Positions 50,906-61,485 of a stretch of 64,000 bases of DNA are shown in pieces (within the stretch, counting starts at the first letter, position 1; every line of letters starts with the position of its first letter). Made by a program: the position numbers and the translations under genes. This DNA comes from Trichodelitschia bisporula. Its lineage: Eukaryota. The stretch is taken from NCBI GenBank assembly GCA_010356995.1, contig ML996710.1, positions 30,455 through 94,454 on the forward strand, given 5' to 3'. The notes below the pieces were generated by a model. That model was not told the origin of the DNA. It searched no databases and saw only the letters and a program-made list of their open reading frames with translations.

Positions 50906-51212
50906 GAAGGCCATTTCATGAGGTCTTCTAGAGGAAGGATATTTCGCTGTTGTGACCGCGCACCAGTCGTTCCGCCTAACCTCCCTGTACGAGTACTCCT
51001 ATCGGGGCGTTCCCAGCCTTAGCCTAAGACGTCTTGTATGTCGATCTGAGATGGCGCTTAAGTAACGGCGAAGGGCCGTCTAGAAGGCTTATATCTATGC
51101 TTCGCTCCCTCTAATTAGGTACTCCCGCGACTTCATCGGCCAGCCTAGCCCCAGCCCGCATCTCTAATCACGTCTCCGCCGCCCCGCCGCTTCGCGACTT
51201 CCCCCCAACAAC

Positions 51213-51695
51213 ACGCCAGAGTCCGTCCTCACGCCCGAAACGCTCCAAAACCTTCAAGCCGCCCTCAAAGACCTCGAAACCCTAGTAAACCCCCCCTTAC
51301 GAGGTATCCAGCGAACGAGGGGCAAACCGCTAACCCCGCAAAAGAACGAACTCTGCGCCAACATCGCCGACTGGTGCGAGGACGTCAAGGGAGCCCCAAA
51401 CATCAATGAGCCCGCACGGGAGAATGTATTAGCGATTCTGAAGGCCGGCGCTACACTGCTTCAGAGTGCTACGGAGAGGACGGCGGAGATAATCCGGGAG
51501 AAGGGTAGCGCGAAGGTGAAGGTTTGTTTCCGGCGAGAGACGTTGGAGGAGTTGGATGCTGCCGTGAGGATGCTTACTGAAGTTACGGAGACGTCGATGA
51601 AACGACGATTTTGGGGAGGAATGTTGAGCTGTTCTGCTTTTAGCATCTGCATGTGCATTGGTCGCTTCATTTATTCGTCATGGTCGCCGTCCTAA
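51213..51695 (+). pseudogene. Array member R8: open frame, but ACG at the start position; probable intron 51285-51344
   Basis: ACG-PESVLTPETLQNLQAALKDLETL|NELCANIADWCEDV...VKVCFRRE; missing from the ORF track. Confidence 0.62.
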
Positions 51696-52009
51696 GCATC
51701 TTTACTTTTGCGGCGTCTTGCATCTACCTAATAGCCTTCACGGAGTGGCTGGAGGCTACCAAGCAAATGTGATGACCCAGCCCCCGATAGTCGCTGCCTG
51801 AATCCCCGGCGAAAGCATAGGAAAACCCGACTACGACTTTTGGCCTCGAAGTAATAATTTTTAGGGCTATAAGATGAGGCTCATGAATACCCCGCACGCC
51901 GCGCTCTCTCCAAATACCGCGCACTGCCCCAACTTCTCATCGGCCAGCCTGATACCCACCTGCATCTCCCATGTCGCCCTTCCACCGCCTAGACGTCCCA
52001 CCTGTCGAA

Positions 52010-52399
52010 ATGTCATCATCCGGTATCCCGGCCGAAACCCTCCTACAACTCCGCGAGCTTGTCAAGGACGTGGACTCAATATTCGGTTATGATGATGCTG
52101 ATGGGGAGGCCATCCTCGCACTACTGGATGAAGCACGATGCAATATCTTAGACTTCTACAATGATTTCAAGCGGAATTCCACGGTTACCAATGACAAAAT
52201 GAGGGGGGAGATACTTGGGCTTCTCAGAGCCGCCTGTCGAGAGTTGGACATCATTGAGCGTGCCATGTTGAATGAAGAGGCATGGGCTTTCTGCATGGGG
52301 GCCAAGGTACTTGAGGAGAAGGAAAAAGCGCGCCAGGGATTTTTCAACGCTATTGAGCAGCTCGCCGAGATGAGCGGGTATAAATTGGTGAACCTTTAG
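52010..52399 (+). CDS. Array member R9 (129 aa), apparently intronless
   Basis: ETLLQLRELVKDVD matches the right arm; NILDFYNDFKRN...RGEIL and FFNAIEQL match the left arm. Confidence 0.72.
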   Translation: MSSSGIPAETLLQLRELVKDVDSIFGYDDADGEAILALLDEARCNILDFYNDFKRNSTVTNDKMRGEILGLLRAACRELDIIERAMLNEEAWAFCMGAKVLEEKEKARQGFFNAIEQLAEMSGYKLVNL

Positions 52400-52974
52400 T
52401 AGTCCGTTTCGCTGGTATATCTCCAACATCCACCACGCACTTTTCATTCCGTTCATTTAACCTTATGATAGCCGACATCCCCATCCTCTTCGTCCCGTGG
52501 CGTCTGGCCTGTCCATCTGCGACAGCGCTTGAGCAACACCCAAAGGCACCTCGAACACGCCGCAGCCACCATCGTCCTCAAAACCGCCCAAGCAAGACGG
52601 GCACAATTTTCGGCCAGCACTTTGCACGTCAGCAGCTCGGCCCCGCTGCGCAATACTCGGGACGCGGGCGTGTCGGCGCCATCCCGCCGCTGGCCGAGTC
52701 GGATAGTGCATCAGGCCTGGCAGGTTCTAGCCCGCCCGGCCCTCGACCTGCGCTTGCCACCGGACGCTGTCGATGTGGCCGCCATGGCTGATTTCAGACC
52801 GTCTACATCGCGGCGGACATCTGAGCGGTATACACTTTAGGGGCATCGCGACCGGCCCCGTGCACGCTGCGATGCCGTCAGAGCAGACAGACACAACGAC
52901 ATTGATAAAGCTCGTTATAAAACCCAGGACCCCTTCCCCCCCCTCCCCCCCGCAACCCCCAGCCACCCCCCAAC

Positions 52975-53740
52975 CTACCGCCCCCAAAACCCCTCAAACA
53001 CCCTCACCCTCGTCCCCCCAACCCGCTCCCCCACACGCCAAACCCGCCCATCCGCACCCCGCGCTGTCACCCCTTCCCCTACCAAAGCCTCCTCACTCCC
53101 AACCTCAATCCCCACCTCCCGCCCCCGGATCTCTCCACCATGCACGACACTCAACTCATACACCTCCGGCGCAGCGCGCATGCGGCCCTCCACGCTCATG
53201 AAGGATACTAGCGCGTTTACTTCGGCCGTGGCGACGTGTGCTGAGAAGGCGGCTGAGGTGGCGTATCTGGGCTGTTAGTTGGGGATGCGGNNNNNNNNNN
53301 NNNNNNNNNNNNNNNNNNNNNNNNNNNNNNNNNNNNNNNNNNNNNNNNNNNNNNNNNNNNNNNNNNNNNNNNNNNNNNNNNNNNNNNNNNNNGGGGCGGG
53401 CGAGGGGAGAATGGCAAGGAGGAGGAAGGGAGGGAAGGAAGGAAGGGAAGGCATGAGGACGGGAAAGAGACATACTCCTCCACCATCCACACCCCCGTCT
53501 CGTCCTCCAGCGGCACGCAGGCGGCATACCGCGTCACGCCCGGCTCGTGGGCTTGAGCGTAGCACGCGACGGCGGCCGCGAGGGTTAGGAGCTGTGGGTG
53601 GGCTGGTTAGCTGGCTGGTCTGGGGAGGGTGGAAGGGGTGGCCGGGGGGGGGGGGGGGGGGGGGGGGGGGGAGAGGAGGGGCTCACCTCGTCCCGCGCGG
53701 CGCGGCTGGTCGTGGGCAGGTAGGCGATTATGAAGGGCAT
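52975..53740 (-). CDS. ABM/dimeric alpha-beta barrel protein; exons 53740-53687, 53591-53476, 53266-52975 (C-terminus uncertain)
   Basis: Spliced MPFIIAYLPTTSRAARDELLTLAAAVACYAQAHEPGVTRYAACVPLEDETGVWMVEEYATSAAFSAHVAT... fits the EPG...Y...E.Y....A...H pattern; canonical splice sites. Confidence 0.75.
53291..53392. other. Assembly gap (N run) inside intron 2 of the ABM gene
   Basis: 102 N bases flanked by G-rich sequence. Confidence 0.99.
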
Positions 53741-54048
53741 GATGGATACTGTGGGGGAGTGGATGATGGGGGAGGGGTTATATGCCCGCCTGCCCGCTCG
53801 CTCGGGTACGGTTCTCCGGGGGGTGGGGCTTATCTAGGGTGGATGGTGCGATGCGTGCTGGGCGGGGTGGGTTAGGGTTAGGGTTGGGACGAGGGTGAGG
53901 ATGGGGCTGAGGGTGTGGGCTGAGTGGAGACGGCATGGCGAGGGCGGAGGGGCATTTGGAAAGTCGTGGTGCCGACTGGGATAGTCTTTGCTGCTTGGGA
54001 GGGGAGGGTGTTGGGGGAAAGTGGCCATGACCTTTTGGAGGGGGGAAG

Positions 54049-54190
54049 TGTTAAAATGAAGTGTGAACATGATAGAGTTGCTTAATTGACCAGCAGTGGG
54101 AAGTGAGCTGGCTATATATCTCGCCAGGAGACGACCCCTGTATCCTGGCTCCACTGCAGCCACCCCCAGGTTGCCGCCACAAATTCAACA
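54049..54190 (-). mobile_element. Solo LTR (142 bp) with 5-bp TSD GGAAG
   Basis: Reverse complement of 43437-43577 (16 substitutions and 1 indel by hand count); GGAAG at 54044-54048 and 54191-54195. Confidence 0.88.
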
Positions 54191-55194
54191 GGAAGCGACT
54201 TGGAGGAAGGCCCAGTGGCTGCCCCAGAGGTTATGTCGCCTCCCCACCGGCTCTTGCTGGTACACAGAGACTACCGGCGAGGGGGACTTATCTTTCGGAT
54301 AGCCCGCGGCTTTTGGATGTGTCGGGTAACCCCGCCCCAAAGTCGCTACTTCGTACTCAGCGCACGCCGTACCCAGACACGGCTCCAACTTTCCAGAGTG
54401 GTGCAGCGACCTTTTTAATGCCCTTAGACGCGAGGGAGCGCCGTTCTGCACTCCGCGATACCTGCCATCGTTCCCATCTCCAAAGGCTCAGTCGTCAGAC
54501 CATGCCCGCAGGATTTACCCGAGCAAAAGTAAGCCCGTTTTAACGCGCAATCCCGCCGCAACGCGCGAACAAAGACGCTGCGTACGAGGCGCATTCAGCC
54601 GGAAAGCGGCATTCCGCCGACAAGGCGTGTTTGCATGAGTGGCGCACAGCTTGTTTTGAGGTCTACATACCGTAACAGGACGGCAGCCACGGATTCACAC
54701 GGCGAGTGGAATGGGTTGACGCTGGTGGGTACCGTTACCTAGCAACGGGGGGCGCATATCGCACCGGTGGATGGGGAGGCGATGGTGGTGGTTTGGCTGC
54801 GGAGCTGGGTAGGCTGTAGTAACTTGGGCGTAATGTTGTGCTGCCTGCATGCGAGGGGTGATGGTCGGACTGCAGGCGGATAGGCGGAATGTACTACCTT
54901 TGAGGTTCTTGATGACCGGCGCCGATGTCGGGCATGCGTTTTTGCGAGTTATAGTGGCGGAACGCGCGGCATACTCGGGCACCAGAGCGCCAGTCTCGCA
55001 GGACGGGGCAAAAGAAACGAGCGCTGCTGCTTCCGCCCGTTGTGAGTATCGGGTGAGGAGAGGGAGGTGCGGTTGATGTGGGAGGCGGTTGGCGGCGATG
55101 CTGCGAGGGTTGGGCCCGACACGTTCCTCCCTATGGGATATGCGCGGCGACTTGGAGGCGTGGTGACATATGGTGACTACTGCCTCCTTGCACG

Positions 55195-55313
55195 CTTTGC
55201 TACTCACTTTGCTACTCACTTTGCTACTCACTTTGCTACTCACTTTGCTACTCACTTTGCTACTCACTTTGCTGCTCACTTTGCTGCTCACTTTGCTGCT
55301 TACTTCGCTACTC
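55195..55313. repeat. 12-bp minisatellite (ctttgctactca), about 10 units
   Basis: Directly visible; degenerates toward the 3' end. Confidence 0.95.
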
Positions 55314-56425
55314 GCCTTGCTCGTCCCGGGCGGTAGTGGAACCACGCGGCGCGCGAGATGGCTCGCACTGCATGAGGCGGCAGCGCCGAGAGGGAGGGGG
55401 GGAAGCGAACGACAGGTGCAGTTCCAACGTGAGAAGGTGAAGAGCAGGACTATGGAAGGAAGAGGAAGAAGGAGGAGGAGGAGGTACGTTGTTCGCCTCG
55501 CTGAGAGGGGGCGAGGAAGAGACGATCGGGATCGCTGCGGTGACGGGCGGAGGATAAGAAATCGGGTTGCTTGCGGTGCCTGAAGACGCCTCTGCGTCTT
55601 CTTTTCCTCCTCCAGCTTGTCCGCTGCATCATCGTTCCTCATACCTCCCCTCGTGCAGAGCTATTTTATCCCAACTGATCTATCGCTACGTTTAGGGATC
55701 CTGTGCTGCTGAGTTTATAGACTAGGAGAAACCGCCTATCTTACTTCGTTTATCCAGCAGCATATTTCAGCGCCCCCGCAACGCATTCCTGTTGCGAGGC
55801 CTGAGCGTTGTTACCCCGCAGCTGAGCTGTCGCTAGCTTTGTGGTGGCTTTCACACATCCGCCTGCAAGAGACGAGCTTCCGTTTGCTTCGCTCCTCCTC
55901 TCCTGCTCACAAATAACCGGTGTCCGGATGCCGGGGAGCGTTCTGACGCGTGCCCACTAATTGCGCACCCGCGTACAAGACTCACCGCCCGCTCGCTGAG
56001 CTGCCGCGTCAAACGCCGAGCACACACACACGTAAGCCGCCTGGCTCGTCCTTCTCACTCCCCTCCCTCTCCCTCCCCGCCCAAAGGACCGACAAACGCA
56101 ACAAAGTTTCTCCCAAGCAAACGCACTTTGTCTCGTAGCCGGCTGGCGTCCATCACCAATATACACAAACGTCAAAGCCCAACTCAAACCACCCTCAAAG
56201 ACACAAGCTCCGCCTGTCCCCCCCCCCCCCACGACAAAACTCCTCTCAAACCCAGACAACCTCCCCTCTGTCTCCCCCGCAATCTCCCAAAACTTCAATC
56301 AACACACTCTTCTCCTCCTGTCAACCTGCTAGCTTAAAAGCTCTACTCTCCCCGCAAGGCCTTTTTCAAGCTACGCTTCCGAGCATCACACTCGCCTTCA
56401 CACCCTTTTCAACAGTACGACAGAC

Positions 56426-59400
56426 ATGGCAGACCGACGCGGTCCTCCTCGCGGCCCTCCTCGCCCACAAGGTGGCGGCGGCGGTGCTGGCCGCGGCGGC
56501 AGCGGTGGTGGGTATCAAGGCGGCGGCGGCGGTGCTGGCCGCGGCAGCGGCGGTGGTGGATATCAAGGCGGCGGTGGATATCAGGGCGGCGGCGGTGGCG
56601 GCGCTCCTCGCGGCGGCGCTCCTCGCGGCGGCGGAGGCCGTGGACGCGGAGACGCCCCTGGCGGCTTCCGTGGCGGTGGGCGCGGTGGCGGCGGGCGCGG
56701 GGCCCCAGCCTTCGTGTATAGGTCAGTACTTTGCTCCTCGCGTCCTGCCCTTCCTGATGCTAACGGCCCAGTGCACCCGGCGGCGGGTACCCCGCCCCCG
56801 ACGCCACCGTCACGAGTCTCGAGAACGCAATCCAGGCCTCCGCGCCCGATCTCAGCCGGCTGACGACGCGCGACGACGGGGTCCAGATGCCCATCCGCCC
56901 GGGGTATGGGACGGGTGGCTCGCCTGTGGTGCTGTTTGCGAATTATGTGTCCCTGCAGGCGAGGAACGATATGGTGCTTTATCGGTACCATTTCGATGTT
57001 ACGCCGGACATTCCGCCGAAGAAGAGGGCGCGCGTTGTGCAGTTGCTCATGACGGAGGAGCCGTCGATTGCGGCTGGCGATCCGGTGTCGGATATGAAGA
57101 GTATTCTGATTACGCGGAATAGGCTCGAGCAGGATGAGATGCTGGTCCGCGTTGCGTATCGGCCTGAGGGGTTGGAGGAGGCGGGCGAGAATGCGCCGGT
57201 GTATACGTGCAAGCTGCTGTACACCAACACGCTCTCTATGCAGAGTCTCCTCGACTACCTCAAGAGTCAGAACGCGGTCGCGCGCTACGACGACACGCCC
57301 CATCTCCTCCAAGCCCTCAACATTATCTTTTCTCAATTCGGCAAAATCCAACCCGGCCACGTCACCGTAGGCCAAAACAAAACCTTCAACCTCGGCACCC
57401 AGGACTTTGGCACCCTCGACAAAGGCGGCGCCCTCCTCGCCCTCCGCGGCTTCTTCACGTCTGTCCGCGCCGCCACCGGCCGTCTCCTAATCAACATCAA
57501 CGTCTCCAACGGCGCTTTCTACGGCGACGGCATGCTCGACGACCTCGCCACCGCCGCGAACAAGCGCAAGTTCAAGGATTTCGACAAGTGGGCCAAGGGG
57601 TTGCGGGTTGAGCTCACGTACCTTACGTCCAAGAACGCGGCGGGGCAGACTGTGACCCGCGTCAAGGGTGTGTGGGGATTGGCGAATAAGGGGGATGGGC
57701 AGGGCGGGGCAAATCCGCCGCAGGTGCCGAATCATGGGGCGGATGCGTATGCTGTGAAGTTTTTTTTTGAGGATCAGAGCGTCAAGAAGGCGGAGGGCGT
57801 CCCGAAGAAGAAGAAGGCCCAGGGACCGCTGGGGGCGAGGTATATTTCTGTGGCGGAGTATTTTAAGCAGAGTATGCTCTCCCCTTTCTTTTCTCCCCTT
57901 TCTTTTCTCCCCTATCCCCATCCCCTCCCCGCCCTCACTTGTGCCTGCGCTAATATCCTTAGGGTACAATATCGTCTGTCAGAAGGGACCCCCCGTTGTC
58001 AACGTCGGCAACAAGGCGAACCCGAACTACGTCCCCATGAACCTCTGCAAAGTCATCAAAGGCCAGCCGTACCGCGCCAAGCTCAGCGGCGACGAAACCG
58101 CAGCTATGATTTCCTTCGCCGTGCGCCCGCCCTGGCTCAATGCGAAGAGCATCACGGCAGACGGTTTCCGCACCGTGGGGCTCAATTCCGCTGACAATCC
58201 CCTGCTTGTGAAGTTCAACCTCGCCGTCAATCAGAGCCTGATTACCGTCCCTGGGCGCGTGTTGCCGGAGCCCCGTATCGATTACGCCGGGGGGAAGACG
58301 GCGTTCGTGCGGAATGGCAGCTGGAACATGCGCGACGTGTGCTTCCGCCGCGGCGCGACGCTCAGGAAGACGGATTGGGCGGTATTGTTCCTCAACGCCA
58401 AAGGCGACACCTTTACGCAGGACTACGCCGTCTTCCGGCGCGTCGTCCAGGAGTTCACCGACACGCTCAACAGCATGGGCGTACGCACCGAATTCCCGAC
58501 TATCTTCGAAGACGAGCTGGAAGTCGACCACGTCAACGACGAGGCCAAGCTTGGGAAGAAGTTCACGGAGTATGTGAACCGCCGCCTCAGGCTGATTCTT
58601 GTGATCTTGCCGCGCGAGAAAACGTACCCGCTTTACCCGCTCGTCAAGCATATCGGGGACGTCAAAGTCGGGATTCATACGGTGTGTGTGGGCGCGAATA
58701 AGCTTACGAGTCAGAAGGGCGCGGATCAGTACATGCGCAACGTCGCCCTGAAGGTGAATCTCAAGCTCGGCGGCGTGAATCAGGCTGTTTCCGCCCTCGA
58801 ACAGCCTGGCCTGATGAAGGAAGACAAAACCATGTTGGTGGGATTGGACGTCACGCACCCGCAGCCCGGCGCCCCGCCCACCGCGCCCTCCGTCGCGGCG
58901 ATGGTCGCGAACATCGACTCCGATCTCGCGCAGTGGCCCGCGAGCATCCGCATCCAGGCCCGGAAGCGGCAGGAGGAAGTCGACGACGTGAAGGGCATGC
59001 TGCAGCGTCATCTCGGGCTGTGGAAATCCGCGGGGAAGCACGCTTCCTTCCCGGAGAATATCCTTGTGTACCGCGACGGCGTGAGTGAGGGGCAGTATGA
59101 GCGCGTGCTCACGATGGAGGTCCCGCAGATGAGGGAGGCGTGTCGCGCGGTGTATCCGGCTGATCTGACGAAGCGCGGGTTTCCGCATTTGACTGTGGTG
59201 GTCGTGGGCAAGCGACATCATACCCGATTTTATCCGACGAAGTTGGGGGATGATGATAAGGGGAATACGAAGCCGGGGACGGTGGTTGATCGCGGGGTTA
59301 CGGAGGCGCGGACTTGGGACTTTTTCCTCCAAGCTCACAGTGCTTTGCAAGGCACTGCCCGGCCCGCGCACTACGTCGTGCTGCTGGATGAGATTTTTAG

Positions 59401-59668
59401 GTCTCGGAAGGGGGGGTCGGGGAAGAGTGCGGCGGATACGCTCGAGGGGTTGACGTATGCGCTGTGCAGCGCTTTTGGGCGCGCGACGAAAGCGATTAGT
59501 GTGGTGCCGCCGGCGCGGTATGCGGATTTGGTGTGTGATCGGGCGAGGCATTATGCGAGGGGGGCGTTTGGGGATGATGGGGGGAGTTTGGAGAGTGGGG
59601 TTAGCGAGGTGAGGACGAGTGATGTTTGTGTGCATGAGAGGTTGGTGGATAGTATGTTTTATATTTGA
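56426..59668 (+). CDS. qde-2: Argonaute, QDE-2 type, ~1033 aa; exons 56426-56721, 56772-57871, 57963-59668
   Basis: RGG-rich N-terminus, RPGYGTGG..V.LFANY, LRGFFTSVRAATGRLLININVS, PAZ-region YISVAEYF...NVG, KVNLKLGGVN, PIWI motifs GLDVTHP / QEEV / YRDGVSEGQ / KRHHTRF / GTARPAHY / YADLVC, and terminal MFYI. The symbol denotes family, not proven orthology. Confidence 0.96.
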
Positions 59669-60728
59669 GTTGGAGGGGGGCAAGGTGGAGGGGTGGTTTT
59701 GAGGGAGGGGGGGGGATGGGTTGGGTAATGATGGTAGTAAGGGAGGGATTGGGAGTTGGATTGATCGATTGTATGGATGGTGCGTTCGTTGCTGCTGATT
59801 TGCCTTTGCCTTGTCGGTGATTTAATCTTCAACACCCACCGCCGTGACGCCTGCGGACTTGGACACAGCGGACGTTACTACCGCGCAAGCCCCGCCGGCC
59901 ATCAGACTCACGTATCAAACCCCACCCCACCTCCATTCATCACTCTCTCAACCCCGCGCCCGCCGCCCGGGTACGAGCACCTCCGTATCCACAGCCTACC
60001 ATCAGCCTATCTACGCGACGGCATCGGGCACGGTAAGGCTAGGCGAAGGCATATCACCGCTTGCTGAAGGCGCGCCTGATGGCCCTGGGGGTGGAATGGA
60101 GTTGGAGCGGAGTGGGATGAGGGGAATGGAGGGCTGTGGGAGAAGGGGTGGAAGGGGGTGATGGAGGGGAGGGAGGGGCGGTGGGATGGGTGGGAGGGTG
60201 GAGGGGTGAGGAAGGTGGCGGAGAATTAGACGAGGCAGCGCATACTCGCCGGTTCTTGACAATCGTTTATCTACTCGGTCATCAAACTTCATATACTTAG
60301 CCCGATCTCCGTCCTAAGTTCATCGCGGCGCTGTCTTTCATTCACCGCACAGGGCATATAAAGGCCTGTCCCATCCCCTCCCATCCCCCTCTGCGCCAAA
60401 CACGACCAATACGAGTAAGCTCGCACCGCACGCCATCCCATCCGGTATGGAAGTAAAAAAAACGTCTGGGGAGGTTAACTTCCATATCTGCAGAGTGAGA
60501 AGGGCGCGACGCGGAGAGGACTGAGATAAGCAATGGGTGGATACACGAACTTATCTCTGTGGATGAAGTTTAGAAGGGAATTTGGCGGACAGATTCATTA
60601 ACCTTTTCTTTTACGCCGCGCGAAATGGTCTTCCTCCCTAAACTCATCCCCGCGCCATCTCCGCCCCCCCCCGGCACCATCCACCCTCCACGTCATTAAT
60701 TCCCCCTCCAAAACCGCCCTCAATAAAT

Positions 60729-60817
60729 GCCCCTTTAGCTCAGTTGGTAGAGCGCGGCACTAGTATCTGCTCACAGCGGTGATGCCGAGGTCGATAGTTC
60801 AACTCTGTCAGGGGGCA
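60729..60817 (+). tRNA. tRNA-Thr(AGU) with 16-nt intron (60766-60781)
   Basis: Acceptor stem GCCCCTT/AGGGGGC, D-arm TAGCTCAGTTGGTAGAGC, anticodon stem CGGCA/TGCCG with AGT, T-loop GTTCAA, downstream T-run. Confidence 0.93.
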
Positions 60818-61396
60818 GTTTCTTTTTGGGCATTTGGCTTTTTGGTATTTTGGCGTTTTGATCTTTTGGGCCTTTTTGGCCTTTGTGTGCGGCGAGGGTG
60901 CGGGGCTGGCACGGATGCGGTGTTGGGGTGTGGGTTAGGTGGAGCTGGGGGAGGGGTGGGAGCAGAGGCGGGCGGGGTGGGAGGGGTACGTGCGAGGCTG
61001 GACGAGGCTGGGATGGGAACGGGGTTGTATGGTGGCGTGGGTGGGGGGGAGGGGAGGGCTGGTGGTACGGCGGGGGTTATCTTTGATGTCAGTGGCTGGC
61101 CGATGAAGGGGGTGTTCGACGAGAGGAGCCAGATAGGCTGTGGAGTTTGAATTGCAGTGGTGGGGGCGAGGTGGGGTGGGTACTGCGGGGGAGGAGGGCT
61201 GCGGCGGAGATGTGCAAAAAAACGAAATTGTGATTGAAAGTGCGAATGAAGACAAGGGAAGACGAACGAAAGAGCAGCTCGAGACAAATTGCATTTTGTG
61301 CCGTGTCAGCCCTTAAGATGCTTCCTAAATGAGATATGCACATTCTCGGGTGAGTATAGCTCCTGCCTTAAGGTCTAGCGCAACAAAAAAGACAAT

Positions 61397-61485
61397 GGGC
61401 CCAACCGCGATTCGAACGCGGGGCCTCTCGCATGCTTGGACCTTGAGAACCCAAAGCGAGAATCATACCACTAGACCATTGGGCC
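61397..61485 (-). tRNA. tRNA-Pro(UGG) with ~17-nt intron
   Basis: Reverse complement GGCCCAATGGTCTAGTGGTATGATTCTCGCTTTGGG-[intron]-TGCGAGAGGCCCGCGTTCGAATCGCGGTTGGGCCC, followed by a T-run. Confidence 0.94.

Noticed and set aside
46900..52400. CRISPR- or integron-like array
   Set aside because: Eukaryotic context; units are diverged paralogous genes rather than identical repeats with unique spacers; no cas or integrase gene.
53868..53886. TTAGGG telomere-like repeats (similar short run near 15354)
   Set aside because: Only about two units in G- or C-rich low-complexity DNA; expected by chance.
43437..54190. One 10.7-kb DNA transposon with 141-bp terminal inverted repeats carrying the array
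   Set aside because: Each repeat has its own 5-bp TSD and TG..CA ends, the outer flanks do not match each other, and no transposase is present. Two independent solo LTRs fit better.
57959..59683. 574-aa antisense ORF over Argonaute
   Set aside because: Shadow ORF produced by GC-biased codon usage; no motifs.
59820..60292. Possible spliced - strand gene convergent with Argonaute
   Set aside because: Donor-like sites exist, but I found no stop-free spliced model.
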